This document shows positions 20,862 through 30,408 of a stretch of 64,000 bases of DNA, in pieces. A model generated the notes under the pieces. That model searched no databases. It saw only the letters and a list, made by a program, of their open reading frames with translations, and had not been told where the DNA came from. The position numbers and the translations under genes are program-made. This DNA is from Candidatus Bathyarchaeota archaeon (GTDB lineage Archaea > Thermoproteota > Bathyarchaeia > Bathyarchaeales > Bathycorpusculaceae), in assembly GCA_963775895.1 (NCBI GenBank), contig CAVZKL010000010.1, forward strand, positions 32,001 through 96,000, in the 5' to 3' direction. Numbering within the stretch: position 1 is the stretch's first letter; every line of letters starts with the position of its first letter.

Positions 20862-21191
20862 TCACTCGACAGGATTCCATATGCTCATCGAATATGCGCC
20901 AGGCACCACTAAAGCCAGGAATTCTGGCTGAAGCTTCGCTGTATAATCGGAGTGCATTACTCTGTTGAAGAACTTTTCACAGTCCGCCATGCTCTCGAAC
21001 TCCCACATTTCAACGTACCCACCATAGTTGCCGCCAAACATTTGAGCGAACATCTTGTAGGACTTCAGTTCCTTGAGCCACTTTGCAAAGAATTTCTTCC
21101 ACTTCTTCTTATATGCCGTGAATTCTGCTTGCTTTTCTGGTTTTATTACGTATGTTTCTACCATGAAGATAGACATTCTATCCCCATGCAT
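20862..21191 (-). CDS. NIPSNAP / dimeric alpha-beta barrel-like small protein
   Basis: ETYVIKPEKQAEF...YVEMWEFESMAD pattern. Confidence 0.65.
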   Translation of the reverse strand: MHGDRMSIFMVETYVIKPEKQAEFTAYKKKWKKFFAKWLKELKSYKMFAQMFGGNYGGYVEMWEFESMADCEKFFNRVMHSDYTAKLQPEFLALVVPGAYSMSIWNPVE

Positions 21192-21266
21192 CTATTATGC
21201 CACTACAAGTTATATAATAACTTAAAGGAAATAACCGATCTCCTCAGTCTAGCGCGCGCTAAGTAT

Positions 21267-21677
21267 TTAAGCAGTAGCCTTTTTCCACTCGTTCATGAGG
21301 GAATCGTACAATTCGTCGCGTTCTTCTATGGCCTCGTACCAGTCCAAGTTTTTGGCGAGTTTCTGAGCTATAAGATGGTAACACATGTGCACTTGCCGGT
21401 CAAGCACGCGAAAGTAAAAGTCGTCGCAAGTGCAGAAGTCAGCTTCGGGCATTATAAGGTAGTCTCGTTCTCTTCCAACCACGATCCAAACAATTCTGCC
21501 GCTGGGTTTGAAAACGTACTTTTTCACCCTGTTCTCTTTCAGAGTTTCGAAGGCTCTCGTGAACCTCTGGCCGAAAATGTCGTAGAGCGCCGTTAGATTC
21601 TTGCCCGTCAGTTTGCCTTCTGCTTTTGCTTTCTTGCAGATGCCGTTGAGCAACTCGATCTCAGATTTTTCGTCCAT
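21267..21677 (-). CDS. SWIM zinc-finger protein
   Basis: FCTCDDFYF...CYHLIA (CxC-xn-CxH). Confidence 0.85.
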   Translation of the reverse strand: MDEKSEIELLNGICKKAKAEGKLTGKNLTALYDIFGQRFTRAFETLKENRVKKYVFKPSGRIVWIVVGRERDYLIMPEADFCTCDDFYFRVLDRQVHMCYHLIAQKLAKNLDWYEAIEERDELYDSLMNEWKKATA

Positions 21678-21729
21678 CGATGTTGAACTACCTTGTCGGC
21701 GTTAAGCTTGCGGAGATATGCAGTCTTTT

Positions 21730-22329
21730 CTAATCTATGTGTATCGGTTCGCCTTTGGAATGTGTTTCATCTGTCAACTTGGGAAAAGTGACTTCCAAGA
21801 CTCCGTTTTTGTATCCAGTTTTTGCCTCTGTGACCCTTACTTTCGACGGTAGTTTTACTTCCTTGTAGTACTTGCGTTGTGGATTGTCAACTTCTATCGT
21901 AAGTGAATCTTCAGTTCCGCTCAACTTGATCTCATTCTTGTCAACGCCCGGCAGCTCTGCGACAACGTGGATTTCACCGTCAGTCTCGACAACGTCCACG
22001 AGCGGTTCTCTCTCTTGCTGGACTTGGGGCAACCCGCCTTTTGTCGGCTTGACGTTTCCGAACTCACGGATCTCAGGCTTTCCATCAGAGCCTAACTTCA
22101 CGCTGTAACCGTAAACAAAGGGCCCCCATTCACGGGCTGTTGAGCCGTCTGGCATCTTGCGTTCTCTGACGTAATCTTTTGGAATTCGCGAAGTGAAAGT
22201 CTTGAACTCGTCTTCCATCATCTTCTCCATTTCTTCAAACATCTTGTCAATGTCGTCAAAACCCCAATTATTGAAGAATGGGGAACGTTTCTTTTTGAAC
22301 CATTCGTGGGAGTCGTCTTCTGATGACAT
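21730..22329 (-). CDS. hsp20: Archaeal small heat-shock protein Hsp20
   Basis: GPFVYGYSVKLGSDGKPEIREFGNV, AELPGVDK, YKNGVLEV. Confidence 0.93.
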   Translation of the reverse strand: MSSEDDSHEWFKKKRSPFFNNWGFDDIDKMFEEMEKMMEDEFKTFTSRIPKDYVRERKMPDGSTAREWGPFVYGYSVKLGSDGKPEIREFGNVKPTKGGLPQVQQEREPLVDVVETDGEIHVVAELPGVDKNEIKLSGTEDSLTIEVDNPQRKYYKEVKLPSKVRVTEAKTGYKNGVLEVTFPKLTDETHSKGEPIHID

Positions 22330-22387
22330 TACATCACTGTTCTAGTCTGAGAAGACGTTTCTCTATAAGCGTTATGCCGATTATCGC

Positions 22388-23232
22388 CTAATTCAGTGTC
22401 TCAAGTTGCTCGAGTGTCCCGAGGAAGGTTCCGTCGAGAAGGTATGCTTCCGCATTTTTCATATCAACCGCTCCTGATCTTAGAACTGGACCCGCCACCC
22501 TTTCCGCATCATTCTTCTTCATCACCGCTTCTCATTCAAAGGTCTGCCTCCCAAAAAATCGTTGAAAGACGGCATTATGAAGAGCCGTGAGGTCTTCGCC
22601 TTTATCCTGTAATGTTTGCGAAGAGTGGCTTCGGGGCTATCGACGATTTTCAGCTTCTGTTTCTCTAGCAGAACCTTGGTAAGTTCGATCGTGTTGCAAC
22701 CTGCTTTGATCCAAACCTGCCTCGTAACGCGGAAACCCGCTGGGTCGCGAAAAGCGACCACTGGGTGGACGTGTCCCATGACGAGGGTCTTGCAACGGAG
22801 GAGGGATGGCGAGGGCCATTGGTGTCCGTGGAAGAATCCAACGTCGTTTAACGCTAACCCCGTGGCGGGGAGTGTTTTCACTTTTTCTGGTAGCAACGGG
22901 TCAAGGTTTCCATCGTGGTTGCCGCGAAGGATTAGTATTTCCTTGACGTGCTTGCGTAACTCTGTGAAGAAGTCTGGTACGTCTTTCCATTCTGCTTTCT
23001 CAGCGGTTGCCACGGTGTGTTTTACGTCTCCGAGAATCAGCAACTTTTGCGGGTTGTACATGAATAGCAAATCCAACAGTTTTTTCAGCAGCTTAGGGGT
23101 TTGGGTGGGAACGTGTATGCCTTCTTTTGAGAGGGCTATTTCCCAGCCTATGTGAAGGTCTGCGATAACTATCGTTCTCTCGTTGGCTACTCTGAGCAAT
23201 GCAGCTGGATAGGGTGGAAGCGGAGTTATCAT
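22388..23232 (-). CDS. Calcineurin-like metallophosphoesterase (frameshift near 22520)
   Basis: DLHIG, LGDVKH, GNHD, HGH, GHVHP, MPSFN. The tail AEAYLLDGTFLG is in another frame ending at 22388. Confidence 0.88.
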
Positions 23233-24070
23233 TCTGTTTCCTTTTCAGACTTTATGAGACTGAGGATTCTCTTGTGTATATCTTTGTTTGCAGCGGCTAT
23301 TAGCTCCACTTTCTGTTTAGGATCAAGCCTAGCGTCCACCTCTTCTCCTTCGAGTGTGGTGATTATGGCGCCTGACTCCTTCACGATCAGCCATGCGGCG
23401 GCCATGTCTGTGGTTCGAAGTTTTCCGCGTATGTCGATGAACGCGTCAGTGGTGCCATCCGCAACATAGCACAATTCAAGCGCGTTGGCGCCAAAATGCC
23501 GCATGTGTTTGGCTTCTGCCATGAGTGCATTGAGCATTGGAGCCAGTTTTTGAATTCGGTAACTGTTGAGGTCGATGCCAATCACGCCATCCTCGACAGA
23601 GGAGTTTGTGGAAGGTTTTATTCTCTTGCTCTGACGGAATGCTCCTCCTCCTGCGTGGGCTGTGTACGTTATGTCGTGGAAGAGATCTGTCACTAGTGCC
23701 GTGTGAACTGTCGCCAGGGTTGGTTTGCTCGAAATCGCGATCGAAGTCGCGTAGAAGGGCACGCCTCTCATCAGGTTTGTGGTTCCGTCTATCGGGTCTG
23801 CTGTCACGTAGCACCGGTTCGGGCTCGTCGCCGTGCTCTATTATCCCTGACTCTTCACTTATCAGTGTGAACGTGTTTTCGTGTTTTTGCAGCGTTTGGA
23901 GTATCGCGTTTTCAGCTGCAAGATCTATTCTCTTGACCGGATCGCCGCCCGCGCCTATCCCTAAATCCGGTTGGGGCTGGTTTCTCTCACTCAGAGAGTG
24001 GCCTTACGCTCTTCCGAACGTTGTTTTTGCACTCGATGAGTATTTGTGTCCATCTGTCAAGCCGCGGCAA
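23229..24070 (-). CDS. suhB: Inositol monophosphatase / FBPase class IV (SuhB family, frameshifted; start approximate)
   Basis: GAGGDPVKRIDLAAE, ISEESG, DPIDGTTN, GANALELC, DMAAA across frames. Confidence 0.85.
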
Positions 24071-24250
24071 CTCGTGTTCCCCGTTCTTCCTTAGGGTTGC
24101 TTTTGATAAAGCCTTTGCTGGGCGAGGGAGTGTGCAACATGGATCTGCTGATGCTTGATTGTCGCCACCTGATGTTTGTTTTCCAGAATTTGCGAAACAA
24201 TTTTCTAGAAGAGACTTCTGAAACATGGTTTCCAAAACGCTTTAAACAAG

Positions 24251-24502
24251 ATGTGTGCAACGCTCTTCTGGCAGGGAGAGGGTACGCCTAAGAGAATTGC
24301 AGAGGTGCTCGAGATTCTTTACGATGGGCAATGGCATTTGACAGAGGAGATACGGAACAAGACGAAACTGACTGAAAATCAGGTCAAGCAGATAGCTGAT
24401 TTTCTTCAGAAATACGATTTTGTAGCAATTGACGAAGCTAATGATAAGGTCAGACTTAACGATGACGTGCGGAAATTCCTCAGGCAGACAACTACTCCAT
24501 AA
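24251..24502 (+). CDS. Small winged-HTH protein
   Basis: VLEILYDGQWHLTEEIRNKTKLTENQVKQIADFLQKYDFV. Confidence 0.65.
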   Translation: MCATLFWQGEGTPKRIAEVLEILYDGQWHLTEEIRNKTKLTENQVKQIADFLQKYDFVAIDEANDKVRLNDDVRKFLRQTTTP

Positions 24503-24776
24503 GCGCCTTCAGACCCTTGTACGCTCGGAGAAATTCTCTGCCTTTTGGCGTGACCTCAAACAGCCCGTCGGTAGCTTGTTCCTGCATTCTGATCATGTGC
24601 AATAACCCGTTGCTGAGCAGGAAGTGTGAGTAACTTTTCAGTTGTTTAAAGCTCAGGTTGCAGCGGTACATCAGGAAAGTCTTTTTGGCTCCTCCGTGTG
24701 AAGCGTCCAGAATGTCCGCGATTATGTCGAGGTTTCCTCGATGGTTGTTGCTGGCAGCACTTTTAGTCTCTATCAA
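24492..24776 (-). CDS. Winged-HTH transcriptional regulator (archaeal ArnR1-like/HTH_45 type)
   Basis: RGNLDIIADILD...KKTFLMYRCNLSFKQL...VTPKGREFL. Confidence 0.85.
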   Translation of the reverse strand: MIETKSAASNNHRGNLDIIADILDASHGGAKKTFLMYRCNLSFKQLKSYSHFLLSNGLLHMIRMQEQATDGLFEVTPKGREFLRAYKGLKALME

Positions 24777-24928
24777 CGAAACTCCTCAGGCATAGCCCAG
24801 CTTGCTGGACTAACTCTTATTCCCTTCTCCGAGAGTAATAGCGCAGATACAACGATTTAAACGTTCTGAAAACTCGAAAAATCAGAGATTTGATGTTAAA
24901 TATGTTCAAAAACGGGTGATATGGTGCC

Positions 24929-25327
24929 TTAGACCATGCGAATTCTTTTCAGCACCTTTTCGGTGTCAGAGCCGTTTTCGAGGAAGATGCTGATCTTGTT
25001 CTTCTCCACGATGAGCGAGAGCATTCTGAGGGTCTTACCGTTGATGATGACGTCTTTCACGCCTTCCAAGTTGAAGAGTGTCGAGAGTTCTTCGGTTGAA
25101 TCGAACGTTGTAGAAGAAAGCAGTGCGTAGTCTATGATCTTCGCCGGGTCCTTGACGTCAATCGAAGCGGATGTGGTGTTTCTGAGGATGTAGCCGACGA
25201 CGCCGTCATAATTCCTTATTTCTTCCAAGTTTGCGCGCAAAGCGTTTTCGAACGCTGCGCTTTCAACTGCTATGGGTTCAGCTGTTACCGTTGCTTGAAC
25301 AGTGTCTTTCTTCTTCGGTTTTGGCAT
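24929..25327 (-). CDS. Roadblock/LC7-like protein
   Basis: LEEIRNYDGVVGYILRN...LFNLEGVKDVIING roadblock pattern. Confidence 0.65.
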   Translation of the reverse strand: MPKPKKKDTVQATVTAEPIAVESAAFENALRANLEEIRNYDGVVGYILRNTTSASIDVKDPAKIIDYALLSSTTFDSTEELSTLFNLEGVKDVIINGKTLRMLSLIVEKNKISIFLENGSDTEKVLKRIRMV

Positions 25328-25343
25328 CGTTTCTGTGTCTCCT

Positions 25344-26187
25344 TTATTCGACTACGGGTTTGACTCTTACGAGCTCACCCTTCTTGATGTCTAGGACGAG
25401 TTGCATCTTGTTCGGTATCTGGACTTTGCCCTGTCCTTCGAGCTTTGCGTCTTTGATTGGTTTGACTTTGCATCTGACCGATTTTCCGCCGAAGGTTTCT
25501 ATGTCTGCTTCTTCGATGATTTTGCCCTCGTAGATATCATTCCATTTTTCGATCAGTTCGTTGTCTATGCGCACGGTGTCTGACGGAGAAAGCAGGCCTT
25601 TCACGTCTTCAACGATGAACTGGTTTGCGGCCGGTTCAGGCAAGATCTTTTCCATTTTTTCTTCTTCTTTTTCCTCTGCCTTGGCCTCTTCTTCGCGGGA
25701 CGAATTCTTTCTTGTGAACAGGTTCTTCTTCGAGTTCCGCTGGTTCTTCGACTAACGTGCTCTTTGGTTCTGCTTCGAGTTTCTGTTCGGGTTCTGGCAA
25801 GTCACGGTTGAGGGGGCCCGGGGAGAGTTTCTCAAGCAGTCTGAGGACAGTCGGCACCAGGACGTGTGCCATGGTGTTGACGTATTTGGAGTCTGCTTTG
25901 TTAGAGGTTACTGTGACTAGGTAGATCTCCTCAATCTGAGAAACGTTCAGTCTTCCGTTGATGCCCTCGATTGTTAAGTCGTTCACTCCGCCTATGGCGT
26001 CAGTCTTTTCGAATATTTCGTTGAGCGCTTGGACGGCTCGGGTCAATGTGTCTTGAGTCGTGTTTTCGTCTTGAGCTATGATTTTGTGATTCTGATCGAG
26101 CATGAAGGCGTTTTTGATGTCTGGGCAGACTTTTTGCATTTCGTCCAGAGTGTTCTTTAGGGCAAACGTGTAGACTTCGTGGTCCAT
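25344..26187 (-). CDS. Roadblock-like domain fused via an acidic linker to a double-psi barrel-like domain (frameshift near 25700)
   Basis: ORF 25636..26187 (LDEMQKVCPDIKNAFML...) plus 25344..25655 (VRID...GKVQIPNKMQLVLDIKKGELVRVKP). Confidence 0.6.
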
Positions 26188-26207
26188 TGTGGCTCACTTC
26201 TCATGTC

Positions 26208-26633
26208 TTAGGATATTCTGAAGAGTATTCGTTCAGGAACGCCGTCGTTCTCGACCACTAGGTACTTGAGGCCTTCAGTGTCTCCGAGCTGATCTAACCA
26301 TTTCAGCGCTTCGCGGGCTTTCTGCAGTACCAGGAGTCTTTCCTGATGGCTGCGTACGACCTGTTCTATCGCTGTCAGTTCATGGAACGGGTTTGCGTCG
26401 AGGACTATGCTCAAGGAGCCGATTGAGATTTCTCCCAAGCTTTCTGACGTGGCCTTCTTGCCCGCCAGTTTCATGACTACCTCATGTATCTTCTTCGATT
26501 TTTCGGCTAGCGCTCTGATATCGTCCAATCGACGTAAATACTCGCCTAGCCTACTTTTCGTTTCGGAGATTTCTTTATCCATCGTTTCTGCAATTTCTTC
26601 TGCTGAACCGTACTCTTTTATTGCAACTGCCAT
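26208..26633 (-). CDS. Coiled-coil hypothetical protein
   Basis: 141 aa, helical hairpin pattern; GGAGGTG SD. Confidence 0.75.
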   Translation of the reverse strand: MAVAIKEYGSAEEIAETMDKEISETKSRLGEYLRRLDDIRALAEKSKKIHEVVMKLAGKKATSESLGEISIGSLSIVLDANPFHELTAIEQVVRSHQERLLVLQKAREALKWLDQLGDTEGLKYLVVENDGVPERILFRIS

Positions 26634-26722
26634 TTTTCATTACACCTCCAATTTTGGAAACAAAGGGAAACTGGGGAACTTTTTTTTAACCCTACCCCCC
26701 AATTCGATACGCAAAGGGGAAA

Positions 26723-27158
26723 CTAGCTGGGCGCTGTTGCAGTGTACAGGAATGGTTGCCTTTCGATGATCTAGTTCGACTTGGTAGCTGTAGCCGTTGG
26801 CACAATCTGCAGTCGTGTATGTTCAATTACGTGTCCTGGTTGGCTGGTATGCTCGCGGCAGTCCAAGCTGGGGTTGCCGTTGAAGACAGGTTTGGTCCAT
26901 TGTTCATGTGACTTCGTTTATCGTGACTGGATTCGTGCCAGTGTTTTTGCAACGTTATGGTTATCAGGCTGTTGACTGCGCCGGTCTGGGAAATTGCAGG
27001 TTTGTGATGTTGACTTGCTCTGTTGCCATGAAGTTGAATGTTAGGGCTCCCATCCATGCTGCGACGGCGATGCTGACTGCGACTGTGACTGCGATGAGGA
27101 TGATTGATGCTACTACGGGGCTTAGGGCTTTTCTGCTTTTGTTCATTTTTCTTTTCAT
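26723..27158 (-). CDS. Archaeal type IV pilin with class III signal peptide (several frameshifts in the variable region)
   Basis: KSRKA|LSPVVASIILIAVTVAVSIAVAAWMGAL; later frames give NTGTNPVTI and NGYSYQVEL..SSKGN. Confidence 0.85.
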
Positions 27159-27354
27159 CCCTCCTTTTGGGACTGGTATGTATGCTAGGGGAAGTGACAG
27201 ATTTAAATCTTACGACTTACTACACCAGATTACTCATTTGCCAGAAACTGTAGAACACCAATACTCTCAATCTCAGTACAAGCATCAGAATAACGATTAA
27301 AGAAACATCTGGGAAGAAAGTGTGCAACAGCAGCGATTACGTATGCTCGTAGGC

Positions 27355-27693
27355 TTACGATTCCAGTTGATCGAAAAACTCAAGCAAGAGCTTCGCGACT
27401 TTCTCGCCCAACTCCGTCTTCTTGTAGAGTTTCTTCAACGGATCGATCTTTTCGCTCTTAGCAAGGCCAAGCTGTTCAATCTCGATCATCCGCGCGCGGA
27501 AGGTTCCATCGCTTAAAGTCAACTTGTTTTCACGCATGAAATCCTTTGCTTCCTTCCATTTCCCGCGGTTCATGTGGAGCAGTAGTAAGCAGTCTATGGA
27601 ATGGTCTTTTTCGAGCATCGCCTTTATCGCTGCCAACCTTTCATCCGTCAATACGTGTTTTGCCTTCTCCATTTCTCGATCTGTTTTCATCAT
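27355..27693 (-). CDS. Winged-HTH-like protein divergent from serS
   Basis: LSDGTFRARMIEIEQLGLA...YKKTELGEKVA. Confidence 0.7.
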   Translation of the reverse strand: MMKTDREMEKAKHVLTDERLAAIKAMLEKDHSIDCLLLLHMNRGKWKEAKDFMRENKLTLSDGTFRARMIEIEQLGLAKSEKIDPLKKLYKKTELGEKVAKLLLEFFDQLES

Positions 27694-27912
27694 TACACCC
27701 GTTCTGTCATTTTCTGCTATCTGATTATACCGTACATCCTTAAAAGATTTAACCTATATTACGATTTATGACTTATTATACCGTTTTATAGCTTAATGAA
27801 AATGGGCTGGAAATGGTGGACTTTGTTGCATGTGAAAGGTGTGGACCCTGCTCAGAATCCAAACGTTAAATAGACAATTTGACGGTACACTTAGAAAGCT
27901 GCGAGTGGGAAG

Positions 27913-29202
27913 ATGCTGGATGTAAAGCTCATTCGAGAGAACCCCGAACTAGTCAGGACCAACTTGAGCAAGAGGGGAGATCCTCAAATTCTGAAAATGC
28001 TTGACGACCTGATCACTGGCGATCGCGATTGGCGTCAATCATTGACAAAACTCAACGATCTTCGGCACGAAAGAAGAAAGGCAACGGCCGACGTTGCTGT
28101 CGCAAAGAAGAAAGGCAAGACTGCGAACGATGAAATATCGAAAGCAAAGAACATCGACGCCGAAATCACGAAGCTGGAAAAGCAGGTGGACGCGTTCGAA
28201 CAGCAAATCCACGGCTACCTGATGCGTCTGCCAAACCTTCTCCACGAATCGGTTCCGTTTGGCAAGGATGAGAACGACAACGTTGAAGTGAAAAAGTGGG
28301 GCACCCCGCCGAAGTTCAGCTTCCCCGTAAAAGATCACATTGACTTGGGAACCAAACTGGACATAATCGACATCGAAAGAGCGGGAAAAATCGCTGGATC
28401 AAGGTTTTTCTACCTGAAGGGAGCGGCTGTTCTTCTCGACATTGCTCTCGTCAACCTCGCGTTGGACGAGCTGTTCGCTAAAGGCTACACCGCGGTTGAG
28501 CCACCTTATTTCATGAGGAGAAAACCCTACGAAGGAGTCGTGGCTCTCAGCGATTTCGAAGACGTGCTCTACAAGATCGAAAACGAAGACCTTTACCTGA
28601 TCGCCACTTCGGAGCATCCGATGGCCGCAATGTACATGGATGAAGTGTTAATGAGCGAAAATCTGCCTCTGAAACTTTGCGGATTCAGCACTAACTTCAG
28701 AAAAGAGGCTGGCGCACACGGAAAGGACACGCGTGGAGTGTTCCGCACTCATCAGTTCAACAAGATCGAACAGTTCATTTTCTGCAAACCTGAAGACTCG
28801 TGGAAACTGCATGAAGAGCTCCTTCGGAACGCTGAAGACCTTGTGCAGAAACTCGGTCTGGCTTATCGAGTCGTGAACGTTTGCACCGGCGACATCGGCA
28901 CCGTCGCGGCGAAGAAGTATGATGTCGAAGCCTGGATGCCCGCGCAGAACGCGTACAGAGAAATCATTTCTTGCAGTAACTGCACGGATTACCAGACAAG
29001 GAGACTGAACATCAAGTATCGGGACAAAGAGGGTGAAGCTCCGAAGGGATTTGTGCACACTCTGAACTCCACTGCTCTGGCCACTGGACGAACGATGGTT
29101 GCGCTGATCGAGAACTATCAGCAAGAAGACGGGTCAATAGTCATTCCTGAAGCTCTGAGGAAGTACATGAGCGGTATAAAGAAAATAAGTGCAAAACGGT
29201 AA
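27913..29202 (+). CDS. serS: Seryl-tRNA synthetase
   Basis: MLDVKLIREN, LIATSEHP, FRKEAG, HQFNKIEQF, SCSNCTDYQ, HTLNST. Confidence 0.97.
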   Translation: MLDVKLIRENPELVRTNLSKRGDPQILKMLDDLITGDRDWRQSLTKLNDLRHERRKATADVAVAKKKGKTANDEISKAKNIDAEITKLEKQVDAFEQQIHGYLMRLPNLLHESVPFGKDENDNVEVKKWGTPPKFSFPVKDHIDLGTKLDIIDIERAGKIAGSRFFYLKGAAVLLDIALVNLALDELFAKGYTAVEPPYFMRRKPYEGVVALSDFEDVLYKIENEDLYLIATSEHPMAAMYMDEVLMSENLPLKLCGFSTNFRKEAGAHGKDTRGVFRTHQFNKIEQFIFCKPEDSWKLHEELLRNAEDLVQKLGLAYRVVNVCTGDIGTVAAKKYDVEAWMPAQNAYREIISCSNCTDYQTRRLNIKYRDKEGEAPKGFVHTLNSTALATGRTMVALIENYQQEDGSIVIPEALRKYMSGIKKISAKR

Positions 29203-29252
29203 ACCTTTTAATACTATGACGTGAACTCTCAAGCTGCATTCGGAGGATCAAC

Positions 29253-29861
29253 GTGTCTTCAAAGACCAAGCGCGTTCGCGATAAGTGGCGAGGAAAAGCA
29301 TGGTACATGGTGCTGTCTCCACCTTATTTCGGAAGCGTCGAATTGGGATCCGTGCCAGCGGAAGAGCCTGAGAAGCTGGTTGGAAGAGTGGTTGATTCGA
29401 CACTTTATGACATTACGAATGATTTTGCTCACCAGTACTTGAAGATGCGTTTCCAGATAAACGAAGTCGATGGTAAGACTGCGAAGACGATGTTTAAGGG
29501 GCATGAGTATTCAAGAGATTATCTGCGCAGTCTCGTTCGGAGAAGGACGACGAAGGTTGACGGTCTTTTCGGCGTCATGACGAAAGACGGGTTCACGCTG
29601 AGAGTGGCCGTGAGTGCTTTCACGCTTTCGAGAATAAAGACTTCGCAGGAAAAAGTCGTGCGCGCGATCATGAACAGAATCATTAAGGAAAAAGCTGCGG
29701 CACTGACTATGGATCAGTTTGCGCAGGAGATGGTTCTCGGAAAGATCGCGTCGGACATATACAACGAAGCGAAGAAGATTGCTCCTTTGAGGCACGTTGG
29801 GATTCGGGGTTCCAAGGTTGTGACACAGGCGTCGCAGCTGCAGGCTCCAGAGGCTGCCTAG
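29253..29861 (+). CDS. rps3ae: 30S ribosomal protein eS1 (S3Ae)
   Basis: RDKWRGKAWY, DYLRSLVRRRTTKVD, KIAPLRHV. Confidence 0.95.
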   Translation: MSSKTKRVRDKWRGKAWYMVLSPPYFGSVELGSVPAEEPEKLVGRVVDSTLYDITNDFAHQYLKMRFQINEVDGKTAKTMFKGHEYSRDYLRSLVRRRTTKVDGLFGVMTKDGFTLRVAVSAFTLSRIKTSQEKVVRAIMNRIIKEKAAALTMDQFAQEMVLGKIASDIYNEAKKIAPLRHVGIRGSKVVTQASQLQAPEAA

Positions 29862-29864
29862 TTT

Positions 29865-30407
29865 TTAGGCTTTGAGGTTTTTCCCGTACTCAAACCCTTT
29901 TTCAAAAGCAGTCAAGTTTAGTTCTTCTGTACCCTTCGGTATGTTCTCCTTGATTGATTCTTTTATGGAGTCTTCGTCCAGAAGTTTTGTTATGGAGACG
30001 AAAGCGCCGAGCATGACGATGTTTGCAACTATTCTCCTGCCCAGTTGATCCGCGATCTTTGTGGCTGGCACTCGATAGACCTTCACGTTCTCCAGTTTCT
30101 TTTCCTTGGGTATCATTTCGGAATCTATGATCAATGTTCCGCCCCGTTTGATGTCATCTGCGTACTCGTTGTAAGCCTGTTGAGACATGACTACAAGCAC
30201 GTCGGGTTGAACAACCTTCGGGAAGTCTATTTCTGCGTCAGAAATCACGACTTCAGACTTGCAGGCGCCTCCCCTCGATTCAGGACCATAAGATTGTGTT
30301 TGCACCGAATTTTTTCCTGCGTGTATCGATGCCGCGGCGGCTACTATGATTCCTGACTTGATTATGCCTTGTCCGCCGAAGCCTGCGAACCTGACCTCGA
30401 TTCTCAT
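29865..30407 (-). CDS. korC: 2-oxoacid:ferredoxin oxidoreductase gamma subunit
   Basis: GFGGQG, SYGPESRGG, NIVMLGA. Confidence 0.9.
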   Translation of the reverse strand: MRIEVRFAGFGGQGIIKSGIIVAAAASIHAGKNSVQTQSYGPESRGGACKSEVVISDAEIDFPKVVQPDVLVVMSQQAYNEYADDIKRGGTLIIDSEMIPKEKKLENVKVYRVPATKIADQLGRRIVANIVMLGAFVSITKLLDEDSIKESIKENIPKGTEELNLTAFEKGFEYGKNLKA

Positions 30408-30408
30408 T

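Larger units (their letters stand above)
10081..21259. repeat. Dense series of intergenic (GC)n palindromes delimiting accessory genes
   Basis: Runs start at 10081, 10207, 10466, 10524, 10691, 11218, 12082, 12641, 13448, 13484, 14097, 14206, 14948, 15872, 15961, 16069, 17961, 18758, 19936, 20790 and 21252 (6-10 nt each, 16 of them 8 nt or more). Confidence 0.95.

Noticed and set aside
10081-21259. CRISPR array or classical integron
   Set aside because: The repeat is only 6-10 bp with spacing from 36 bp to about 1.9 kb. No cas or intI gene, no consistent RYYYAAC/GTTRRRY attC ends, and genes are in mixed orientation.
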